Sequence record: PV805632.1
DNA from: a phage
Length of the DNA: 64,000 nt
Direction: 5' to 3' (one strand)
Both the position numbers and the translations under genes were made by a program. Of the stretch, positions 7,804-15,706 are shown piece after piece; position 1 is the first letter of the stretch; the number at the start of each line of letters is the position of its first letter. A model generated the notes under the pieces. It worked only from the letters and a program-made list of their open reading frames with translations. It searched no databases and was not told the DNA's origin.

Positions 7804-8637
7804 ATGCCAACCCTAAAGATTGCGTTTAATAAAACTACCAACGTTGCTACCGTGCTTGATTCAGATGGCAATGTTCCAGATGGTTCTGTGGAAGTAGGTA
7901 CTTTTGTACATCCAGATGCCACTTACCCAGATAGCTTAGTTATCTATCACGGTGTACGCGACCTGTTGTATAAATGCTCAGCTGAAGACCCTGCTGAAGA
8001 AGGTTTCTGGCCTAACAACATCGTGGATATGCAGTCGATCACTATCGACATGCAAGCTACTCCACGACTGACTATTGCTACCAAACTGCCTCGTGTAATC
8101 TCCACCATCGAAGGTGAAGATATTAACTGGCATGTTGATGTAGCAGGCGGTAAAGCACCATTTACTTATGAGTGGCAATATAAAGCTAACACTGCTGATG
8201 CAGTATTCGCTGATATTGATTCTGATGACAACGAATCTGCTGCTACTGCAACATTGACCCTTAATGGCGTAACCGCTGCTTCTGCTGGTACTTATAAAGT
8301 GATTGTTACTGATGCTAATGGAACCACGGTGGAAGATACCTCACTGCTGGCTGTAGGCTACCACGAAGCAAGCTCACTGGTAGCTACCCCAGATTCACTG
8401 GAACTGTCTGTTGCTGACGATGCCACTGATGGTAAGACTGTAACCATTACTGCTATGCCTGTTGGAGCGTCTGTTGGTACTTTATCTATCAAGACTGCTC
8501 CGGATTCTGCCCGTGCTACAGCTACCATTGCTGGTAACGTACTGACAGTTAAACCTGTGGCAGAAGGTGAAGATACTTCTGTAGTAGTTACCAATGGTAA
8601 TGTCGATGTAACCATCGCTGTTACTGTTGCAGAGTAA
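7804..8637 (+). CDS. Ig-like (BIG2-type) domain protein, possible capsid decoration protein (N4 gp17-like), 277 aa
   Basis: Thr/Val/Ala-rich beta-strand repeats typical of Ig-like domains; sits after the RNAP II genes as gp17 does in N4 (recalled). Confidence 0.5.
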   Translation: MPTLKIAFNKTTNVATVLDSDGNVPDGSVEVGTFVHPDATYPDSLVIYHGVRDLLYKCSAEDPAEEGFWPNNIVDMQSITIDMQATPRLTIATKLPRVISTIEGEDINWHVDVAGGKAPFTYEWQYKANTADAVFADIDSDDNESAATATLTLNGVTAASAGTYKVIVTDANGTTVEDTSLLAVGYHEASSLVATPDSLELSVADDATDGKTVTITAMPVGASVGTLSIKTAPDSARATATIAGNVLTVKPVAEGEDTSVVVTNGNVDVTIAVTVAE

Positions 8638-8687
8638 GGGTATACCTTATTTGGGGTTATAAACCCTGAAAGGAATCCCTCTAGTTT

Positions 8688-8717
8688 GACCTCCCTATTG
8701 AAGGGAGGTCTTTTTTT
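8688..8717 (+). terminator. intrinsic terminator GACCTCCC-loop-GGGAGGTC + TTTTTTT
   Basis: 8-bp stem and T7 run. Confidence 0.7.
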
Positions 8718-8742
8718 GACTTAAACAAACTGGAGCCAGGAA

Positions 8743-8931
8743 ATGTATAAAGAGATTGCATTCTTCTCGTTCTTGTTAGGTGGGTTAATTGGTGCAGGAA
8801 TTGTAGCTATTTCTAATAACTACTTTGGTTCTACTCCAAATTCTGTAACACAAACCCTCAAGCATGAATGTGAATTGAATATCCCTCGTAATCAAAGCTG
8901 CGTAATGCAGTTCGTACCGGAGAAGAAATGA
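8743..8931 (+). CDS. small membrane protein (62 aa)
   Basis: ORF track; N-terminal hydrophobic helix. Confidence 0.4.
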   Translation: MYKEIAFFSFLLGGLIGAGIVAISNNYFGSTPNSVTQTLKHECELNIPRNQSCVMQFVPEKK

Positions 8932-9188
8932 ATATTCATAACCTACGTTTGGTTGAAAGACTGTATGAAGAATACAACGACAACCGACAGCAATTGGCTA
9001 GTCTAAAAAAGTCCCCGCATATGGTGAAAGTAACCTTCTGTGATACAGATTTGGGGGTACAAGCTCGTGCAAGCATAATCCCTAAATTACTAGCATTTTA
9101 TCAAAAGAAAGTGGATGACTTAGAGAAACGCCTGAAGCATTTAGGAGTTGATCTATCTTTATTACCTGAAGAAGAGGAAGAAGAGTGA
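8928..9188 (+). CDS. hypothetical protein (86 aa)
   Basis: ORF track; overlap coupling. Confidence 0.45.
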   Translation: MNIHNLRLVERLYEEYNDNRQQLASLKKSPHMVKVTFCDTDLGVQARASIIPKLLAFYQKKVDDLEKRLKHLGVDLSLLPEEEEEE

Positions 9189-9370
9189 AACTTACTCAGT
9201 CCCAAGCAATTTTCCTTCGCATGGTTCAAGGTGGTTCTGCCACCAGCAACCGTAATAACAAAACCGCACAGTCTCTTAAGAAGCTAGGCTTAGTACAGTT
9301 CAATGCTGGTCTTGGGTGGTCATTAACCCCTACCGGTGTACTTCAACTCAACGAGTTAAAAGGTAACTAA
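9185..9370 (+). CDS. hypothetical protein (61 aa, GTG start)
   Basis: ORF track; GAGGAAGAAGA upstream. Confidence 0.4.
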   Translation: MKLTQSQAIFLRMVQGGSATSNRNNKTAQSLKKLGLVQFNAGLGWSLTPTGVLQLNELKGN

Positions 9371-9697
9371 ATGAAAACTTTAATTGCTGTTGTTCTAGTA
9401 GCTCTATCAGTTCTGTCATTCGGTGCTCAAGCATCCAGTCGTGCAACCTTGTTGGAAGCTGCTGCTGATTACAAAGCCAATGAGGGTAACTTTTTGAACC
9501 AGGGTTACTTCATGGGCATGGTTACCATGGCAGCAGAGGCAGGGGATAACTGTGTACCTGATGGTATAAAGTTAGGTCTCCTTTTTGACAAAGTGGCTTC
9601 TATTATTCTGTATGACCGAAAGGTTAATGCAGTAAAAAAACCATCAGACATGATTCTGTTAGCGATAGATACAGCGTATCCATGCGTTAAATCTTAA
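9371..9697 (+). CDS. secreted/periplasmic protein with signal peptide (108 aa)
   Basis: N-terminus MKTLIAVVLVALSVLSFGAQASS has signal-peptide features. Confidence 0.45.
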   Translation: MKTLIAVVLVALSVLSFGAQASSRATLLEAAADYKANEGNFLNQGYFMGMVTMAAEAGDNCVPDGIKLGLLFDKVASIILYDRKVNAVKKPSDMILLAIDTAYPCVKS

Positions 9698-9731
9698 TTA
9701 GTAATTCCATTAACTTTAGGAGAGTAAGTAA

Positions 9732-10784
9732 ATGGCGAGCATTGACTCCTTGACTGTATGTAATACACGTCAAGCCCGTAACTTTATTATCCGTGCCTTG
9801 CAAGCAGGTAACGTACCGTTCCTGACTTCATCACCGGGTATGGGTAAGTCTGCAATTATTCGTTCTATTGCAGAAGAATTTGGTATGAAGCTGATTGACC
9901 ATCGTCTGTCTACTTCTGCCCCGGAAGACTTATCTGGTCTACCATTCCGTAATGGTGACCGTGCAGAGTTTATTCCATTTGCTGACTTATTCCCTATCGA
10001 GGGTGACGAAGTACCAGAAGGCTATAATGGCTGGCTCCTGTTCCTTGATGAGTTCAACTCAGCTAAAAAAGAAGTAGTAGCTGCTGCATACAAACTGATT
10101 CTAGACCGTATGACCGGGCAGAAAAAACTTCACCCTAATGTGATGATTATCTGTGCCGGTAATAAAGCTACTGACCGTGCTATCGTTAACCCACTGGGTA
10201 CTGCAATGCAGTCTCGCGTTGTCCACTTCGAAATGGAACTTAACTTCGACATTTTTGTTGAAGACGTAATGATTCCTCAAGAATGGGATGAGCGTCTGGT
10301 TGCATTCTTACATGCTAACCCTGGTTATCTGCACGACTTCGACCCTGCCCATAAGAACAAAACATTCTGTTGTCCACGTACCTGGGACTTTGTTAACAAA
10401 GACCTCAAGAACCGACCAGAAGGTGCTTTGCCTGATGAAGATTCTATCTACTATGCAGGCCACGTTACTGCTGGTAAGGCTACAGAGTTTGTTCAGTTCA
10501 CTCAGGTATACAATCGTATGATTACGATTGATAAGGTAGTCAAAGACCCTTTGGGCTGTGCACTACCAGAGGATAATAACCTGTGCTGGGCTACCGTTAA
10601 CCACCTGGCTAACAAGACCACTGAAGATAACTTCGTTGATGTACTTAAGTACATTGAACGCTTTAAAACGTTCACCCATAAGATTCTGTACTTCCGTACA
10701 GCAGGCAAAGCATTACCAGAAATTCAGGCTACCCCTGAATGGCGTAAAGCTGCTGCCAATATATCTCGTTACATTCACGGATAA
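9732..10784 (+). CDS. MoxR-like AAA+ ATPase (350 aa)
   Basis: Walker A SPGMGKSA, Walker B LLFLDEF; paired with VWA gene downstream. Confidence 0.6.
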   Translation: MASIDSLTVCNTRQARNFIIRALQAGNVPFLTSSPGMGKSAIIRSIAEEFGMKLIDHRLSTSAPEDLSGLPFRNGDRAEFIPFADLFPIEGDEVPEGYNGWLLFLDEFNSAKKEVVAAAYKLILDRMTGQKKLHPNVMIICAGNKATDRAIVNPLGTAMQSRVVHFEMELNFDIFVEDVMIPQEWDERLVAFLHANPGYLHDFDPAHKNKTFCCPRTWDFVNKDLKNRPEGALPDEDSIYYAGHVTAGKATEFVQFTQVYNRMITIDKVVKDPLGCALPEDNNLCWATVNHLANKTTEDNFVDVLKYIERFKTFTHKILYFRTAGKALPEIQATPEWRKAAANISRYIHG

Positions 10785-10791
10785 TCACAAC

Positions 10792-11967
10792 ATGAACCAG
10801 ATACCTCAGCACACACTTAGTGATGAACAACTCATGCGTGAGTATGACCGTATTCAGGCGCAGGCATTTCTTGGACGCAGTGCAGCGTTTTTTGGTTCAT
10901 TGCTGTGTAGTCTTAAGTTCTCATGGAAACGTGAGGGCTGTCCCACTGCATGTACCGATGGGATAGAACTCCATTTCAACCCAGACTTCTTTATCTGGAT
11001 GTGCCCTGATGCAAGAGAAACGGTGCTAATGCACGAACTCTGGCATGTGGCATACCTACATGGCATCCGTTGTGGAAGCCGTGACCCAGAAGTCTGGAAC
11101 CAGGCATGTGACCACTTCATTAACCTTCAGTTAGAGGAAGATGGTTACAAGTTCACTGGTATCGACGAAGGCATTTGCAAAGACCCTCAATATAAAGGAT
11201 GGGTCGAAGAAGACATCTACGATGACCTGATGAAGAACCCTCAGAAAAGGCAGAAGCCGTCAGGGGGTGCTGGAGCAGGTCTTGCTGGCGACATGAAAGC
11301 TCCCTCTTCGGGGCAGTCCCAGGGTGCTGTTGTCAACAACGTAGTACGTGCAATGCAAAGCCAGAAGATGGCTGGTGGAATGATGCCCGGTAAAGGTGCT
11401 GGTCGTATGGAAGAGGTTATTACCCAATTCCTTAAACCAGTGGTTCCTTGGCAGGAAGTCCTGCTGAACTTCTTTACCGACATTGATGGTACACACTATA
11501 CGTGGGCCAGACCTAACCGTCGTTTCACTGACGTCTATCTACCTTCTCTGGAAGATGATGAAGGACGCTTACGACACTTAGCCTACTTTGAGGATGTATC
11601 TGGTTCTATTAGTAGTGCTGACTCTCTGCGTTTTAACTCAGAGGTTGCCTACGTTAAGAGCCAGTTCAATCCTAAGAAGATGACCCTAATTACCTTCGAC
11701 GATATTATCCAAGAAGAAATAGACATCACTGAAGAAGATACTTTTGAAGAGATTAAGATTACTGGTCGTGGTGGTACAAACCTTGAACCAGTGCGTGAAT
11801 GGATCATTAAGAATAAGCCAACCGCTGCAATCATATTCTCCGATATGTATGTTCGTCCTATGGAAGAATTGCCATTTGATATCCCTATCATCTGGTGTGT
11901 TCTGAATAATCCTAATGCTACCGTACCTTTTGGGGAGGTAGTTCATATCCCTAAAGGAATGAAATAA
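10792..11967 (+). CDS. VWA-domain protein with N-terminal HExxH metallopeptidase-like motif (392 aa)
   Basis: HELWH motif; MIDAS-like DVSGSISS; ORF-track ORF 10558..11967 trimmed to first ATG after the upstream stop. Confidence 0.55.
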   Translation: MNQIPQHTLSDEQLMREYDRIQAQAFLGRSAAFFGSLLCSLKFSWKREGCPTACTDGIELHFNPDFFIWMCPDARETVLMHELWHVAYLHGIRCGSRDPEVWNQACDHFINLQLEEDGYKFTGIDEGICKDPQYKGWVEEDIYDDLMKNPQKRQKPSGGAGAGLAGDMKAPSSGQSQGAVVNNVVRAMQSQKMAGGMMPGKGAGRMEEVITQFLKPVVPWQEVLLNFFTDIDGTHYTWARPNRRFTDVYLPSLEDDEGRLRHLAYFEDVSGSISSADSLRFNSEVAYVKSQFNPKKMTLITFDDIIQEEIDITEEDTFEEIKITGRGGTNLEPVREWIIKNKPTAAIIFSDMYVRPMEELPFDIPIIWCVLNNPNATVPFGEVVHIPKGMK

Positions 11968-12473
11968 TGATTGTTAATGGTAATTCTCTATACCGTTCAT
12001 CTCAATTGCTGGATGTCCCAGACCGTAAGGTATCCGAGCATGGTGTAAGCTATGGATTAGGCGAAGCTGGTTATGATATTCGTATCAAACAAGACATTAC
12101 CTTCTATCGCTTATTTGGGTTAATTCCAATGGTGAAAATCGTTGATGGAAAACAAGTATCACGCCATCTCGGTAAATTCGCATTGGCTTCAGCAATTGAG
12201 AAATTCAACATGTCTCCGTCCTGTGTAGCTATCGTTCACGATAAGTCCACATGGGCAAGACGTGCATTATCTGTGTTCAATACCGTAATAGAACCAGGAT
12301 GGAAAGGGTATCTTACCCTCGAACTGGTCTATCATGGTCGTAAGAAACTGCATATCCCGGCTGGTGCTGGGATAGCTCAAGTATTATTTCATCTGGTTCA
12401 AGAGCCTGCTAATTACAACGGCAAGTATCAGAACCAGGAGGACAAACCAGTAGCTGCAAGAAGCAGTAAATAA
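11967..12473 (+). CDS. dCTP deaminase/dUTPase-family protein (168 aa)
   Basis: weak match to the dUTPase-fold motifs (GYDIRI, VIEPGWKGYLTLEL); motif-level only. Confidence 0.4.
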   Translation: MIVNGNSLYRSSQLLDVPDRKVSEHGVSYGLGEAGYDIRIKQDITFYRLFGLIPMVKIVDGKQVSRHLGKFALASAIEKFNMSPSCVAIVHDKSTWARRALSVFNTVIEPGWKGYLTLELVYHGRKKLHIPAGAGIAQVLFHLVQEPANYNGKYQNQEDKPVAARSSK

Positions 12474-12482
12474 GGAAACAAC

Positions 12483-12683
12483 ATGTCAGTATTTCAAGTA
12501 ACTCCTGTTGACAGTACCCAACGTAAAACTATTGTTGCAACTAACGTAGTAGATGTAGATGAAACTCCGGCTGGTGCTGTAGTTCATCTGATTGATGGGC
12601 GAACTGTAACTGTAAAAGAAAGCTATCGTTCAGTACGTGGTTACGTCCGTAAAGCTTTAACTGCTGACTCTGACGCAGAGTAA
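12483..12683 (+). CDS. hypothetical protein (66 aa)
   Basis: ORF track. Confidence 0.45.
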   Translation: MSVFQVTPVDSTQRKTIVATNVVDVDETPAGAVVHLIDGRTVTVKESYRSVRGYVRKALTADSDAE

Positions 12684-12695
12684 GTAGCTGCCTAA

Positions 12696-12722
12696 ATAGC
12701 CCAGCATAGCTGGGCTATTTGT
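12696..12722 (+). terminator. hairpin ATAGCCCAGC-ATA-GCTGGGCTAT + TTT
   Basis: 10-bp stem, short T-run. Confidence 0.5.
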
Positions 12723-12756
12723 GAAGAAACTAACTCAACCCCACATAGGAACCATC

Positions 12757-13017
12757 ATGGAATCTTTAGCAGCAATTCTCGTTCTGTTATTTGCACTTGC
12801 TATATACCTTATCCCTACTATTATTGCTTTTGCACGAGGCCATGCCTCTAAGTGGGGCATTGGTGTACTCAATATCGTATTAGGCTGGTCTTTAGTCTTC
12901 TGGGTAGTAGCACTGATTTGGTCACTGTCTAATAAAGGACAGTCTCAGACTACAATCGTTAACGTTGGTAGTGGTAACCAGTACAACGTGTCTCAAACGA
13001 GCCAGTCTGATAAGTAA
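12757..13017 (+). CDS. superinfection-immunity (T4 Imm-like) membrane protein (86 aa)
   Basis: PTIIAFARGH...LNIVLGWSLVFWVVALIWSL resembles the Imm family signature; start moved to ATG 12757 downstream of the hairpin, AGGAA RBS. Confidence 0.45.
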   Translation: MESLAAILVLLFALAIYLIPTIIAFARGHASKWGIGVLNIVLGWSLVFWVVALIWSLSNKGQSQTTIVNVGSGNQYNVSQTSQSDK

Positions 13018-13091
13018 CTAACTTAAGCATCATTGTATAGTGGTGCTTGTGGAAGTTGCTTCCAGCTCATTACTTATCCATCTCCTAATCC

Positions 13092-13118
13092 AAGCCCACC
13101 TAACCCGTGGGCTTTTTT
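13092..13118 (+). terminator. intrinsic terminator AAGCCCAC-loop-GTGGGCTT + TTTTAATT
   Basis: 8-bp stem plus T-run. Confidence 0.7.
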
Positions 13119-13139
13119 AATTACAGGTAGTAAATACTA

Positions 13140-13583
13140 ATGCGTATCCCATTCCTAAGAAAAAGGGAACGAAATCCTGTTCTTTATAATAAAGGCATAG
13201 AGGATGAGTACGAACTCAACCGTAAAGCTCGTTCCTACGCAACAAAATTATTCATGGGGACTAGCAACCCTAATAGATTACTGGACTTTGTTTTCGAACA
13301 AGTCTTTATCATATACAGCTTAGCTATGTCTGCTGGTTCACAAGAAGTAAGTGATAAGGCAAGATATGCTCTCTGTATGCTCCGGAAAGAGTACGAAGCC
13401 ATCCTGTATGAAGACTTGTACTCCTTTAAGAAAGAAACCGCTGTAGCGTGTTCTGTGGCTCTTACTGAAGGTATAGCAGTATTACAAGAACTGCCCCGTA
13501 GTGAGTTTAAACTGGTATATGTCCAGGCCAGGAGAATTACAGAAAACCGTAGTGGTATTACCAACTATCTAAGGTCATTCTAA
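13140..13583 (+). CDS. hypothetical protein (147 aa)
   Basis: ORF track. Confidence 0.45.
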   Translation: MRIPFLRKRERNPVLYNKGIEDEYELNRKARSYATKLFMGTSNPNRLLDFVFEQVFIIYSLAMSAGSQEVSDKARYALCMLRKEYEAILYEDLYSFKKETAVACSVALTEGIAVLQELPRSEFKLVYVQARRITENRSGITNYLRSF

Positions 13584-14527
13584 TGATTAAGGCAACTGTC
13601 ATTGCAGATTCCGTTCATCATGTAACGGGTACTCGTATTACTACCTTTGAATTGGTTTATCCTCGATTCATTCACAGTGAGTTTATGACCCACCGTGTAT
13701 TCAACCGCAATGCTTCAAGTAGTCGTGCTATCCCTACTTCTAAGTTTATTGAACAGGTTCGTAATGAACCAGTAATGCCAAGTCACTGGGGCAAGAACCA
13801 GAAAGGTATGCAGGCATTTGAAGAATTGTCTGAAGACCAACGTAGTGATGCAACCTTTATCTGGGAACAGGCTGCATCCAGTGCTGCTACCTATGCAGAA
13901 ATGCTACGTCGTGGACAAGTACATAAGCAGATTGTTAACCGCATTCTGGAACCATTCACACATATCCGTGTAGTGGTAACTTCAACTAGCTGGGCTAACT
14001 TCTACGGCTTACGTGACCATGAGGATGCCCAACCAGAAATTCGTTTACTGGCTCAGGCCATGAAGAAAGCTCATGAAGAATCTGTTCCGCAAAAGCTCAA
14101 GAAAGGTGACTGGCATCTGCCTTATATTCGCAGGATTGATTGTATTAACGCTTACGATCATTGCAAATATCAACGAGTTACTTGTGATAAACCAAGTGAT
14201 GAAGAAGTTTTAGGCTTACTGCTTAAAGTCTCTGCTGCTCGTTGTGCTCGTGCCTCCTATAACAACTTTGAAGGCAAGCCATCTACTATTAGTGATGACC
14301 TTGCTCTCTTTGCTAAGTTGGTAGAGAAACAACCAATACATGCATCACCTACTGAGCATCAAGCTACCCCTATGGACTTCAGTACCAAGTTTGTTAACAA
14401 CCAGAACCCATTAACCTGGGAACAAGGTGTTACCTCTATGGACCGTGAAGGTAAGCTGTATTCTGGTAACTTAATGGATTTCATCCAATTCCGTAAACTA
14501 ATCCCCGGAGAAACAATTACAGAATGA
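13583..14527 (+). CDS. possible flavin-dependent thymidylate synthase (ThyX-like), 314 aa
   Basis: HRVFNRNASSSR resembles the ThyX RHR-x7-S signature; longer than typical ThyX, so tentative. Confidence 0.35.
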   Translation: MIKATVIADSVHHVTGTRITTFELVYPRFIHSEFMTHRVFNRNASSSRAIPTSKFIEQVRNEPVMPSHWGKNQKGMQAFEELSEDQRSDATFIWEQAASSAATYAEMLRRGQVHKQIVNRILEPFTHIRVVVTSTSWANFYGLRDHEDAQPEIRLLAQAMKKAHEESVPQKLKKGDWHLPYIRRIDCINAYDHCKYQRVTCDKPSDEEVLGLLLKVSAARCARASYNNFEGKPSTISDDLALFAKLVEKQPIHASPTEHQATPMDFSTKFVNNQNPLTWEQGVTSMDREGKLYSGNLMDFIQFRKLIPGETITE

Positions 14528-14760
14528 AACGTCTAGCTATCCAAGCAACGATTATAAGTATCATCCTGGTTCTGGAATTTGTATTTGCACTGCATGGTGC
14601 ACAGAGCCTGGAAGAGATGTTTTTCGTAGTAGCCCGTTTCTCTGCGTGTGTTCTTGGTTTATGGTGTGTGTATTACTATGCACGCGACTATGTAGCTATC
14701 AAGGAACACGATGATGCTAAGGAACGTCTACGGCAATTCGTAGAAGAGAATCGTAAGTAA
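14524..14760 (+). CDS. small membrane protein (78 aa)
   Basis: ORF track; two hydrophobic segments. Confidence 0.4.
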   Translation: MKRLAIQATIISIILVLEFVFALHGAQSLEEMFFVVARFSACVLGLWCVYYYARDYVAIKEHDDAKERLRQFVEENRK

Positions 14761-14766
14761 ACCTAA

Positions 14767-14791
14767 GACCTCCTCCGGGAGGTCTTTTTTT
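14767..14791 (+). terminator. intrinsic terminator GACCTCC-TCCG-GGAGGTC + TTTTTTT
   Basis: 7-bp stem, tetraloop, T7 run. Confidence 0.75.
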
Positions 14792-14819
14792 GGTTTCAAT
14801 TACTGTCCCAGGAGGACTT

Positions 14820-15044
14820 ATGGCAAGTTGGTACGCAACTATGTTGGAGAAGGATTCCAATGGACTATACAGGGAATCCGTCGGTAGTTTTAAAAACATC
14901 TGTATAGATGGGCGTTTACATGAAGGTAATGCAATGGATATTGCAGAAGAAGCCCTGTCTAAAGAGTCAGGTTATGCAGGGTTTAAGCTGGAAAAACTTA
15001 ATAGAGCCTGGGATTACAGAAATCCTTTTATTTATAAAAATTAA
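14820..15044 (+). CDS. hypothetical protein (74 aa)
   Basis: ORF track 14790..15044; ATG 14820 preferred, GGAGG 5 nt upstream. Confidence 0.4.
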   Translation: MASWYATMLEKDSNGLYRESVGSFKNICIDGRLHEGNAMDIAEEALSKESGYAGFKLEKLNRAWDYRNPFIYKN

Positions 15045-15053
15045 GGAAACAGT

Positions 15054-15266
15054 ATGCCTGCTAAATACCGTATCAAAGACACTCCACTAATGTGTGAGGG
15101 TGAGAAGGGTGACATTGTATATGCCTGTATACAGGATGATTTCAATGCTGCTCTGATGTTAACCCAAATGACAAATACACTGCATGTATCAGTAACACTG
15201 GACCCTACCGGGGACTATCCATGCTTCCCTATCCCTGCTCATAACCTGGAGCAAATCCGTGATTAA
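15054..15266 (+). CDS. hypothetical protein (70 aa)
   Basis: ORF track. Confidence 0.45.
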   Translation: MPAKYRIKDTPLMCEGEKGDIVYACIQDDFNAALMLTQMTNTLHVSVTLDPTGDYPCFPIPAHNLEQIRD

Positions 15267-15573
15267 TCCTGAAGTTATTCATAGTAAAACTGGTAAGGCT
15301 GTACCACTTAGTGATATTGCAGTTACTGGTGATATTGCTGCTTGCCCAGCTAATATCGCCTCCCTATGTATGTGCATTGCTGCACTAGCAGAAGAACGTA
15401 AATTATGGCTGGAACCAAGCAAAGAAATGGTACTGGCTGGCATGTCTGAACTGAATGCACTTCTGAAAGAAATGTATGACGAGGATGGACAATTAGTTGA
15501 GCCAACTGATGATCAGATTTCGGATGCTGTAGTATTCGTCCTTCAAGCAATGGCAGGTAAACGCAATGATTGA
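15259..15573 (+). CDS. hypothetical protein (104 aa)
   Basis: ORF track. Confidence 0.45.
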   Translation: MINPEVIHSKTGKAVPLSDIAVTGDIAACPANIASLCMCIAALAEERKLWLEPSKEMVLAGMSELNALLKEMYDEDGQLVEPTDDQISDAVVFVLQAMAGKRND

Positions 15574-15706
15574 AGTATTCATCTATTTCATGGCTCTACC
15601 CTACATACTTAATGAGTTATTGGGTACATACGGTACAGCCGTAGGCATTTCTGTAGTTGTATTCAGTCTTTTCCTATAAGCAACATTTAAACTGGAGAGT
15701 AAATAA

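Noticed and set aside
10558-10791. Long N-terminal extension of the VWA ORF overlapping the AAA+ gene
   Set aside because: Extension lies inside the AAA+ coding frame region; first ATG after the AAA+ stop (10792) gives a sensible start.
14717-14899. Small minus-strand ORFs scattered in the + strand middle region (for example 14717..14899, 15350..15550, 16673..16867)
   Set aside because: Antisense to longer ORFs or spanning terminator hairpins; no RBS; against the uniform strand polarity of the region.
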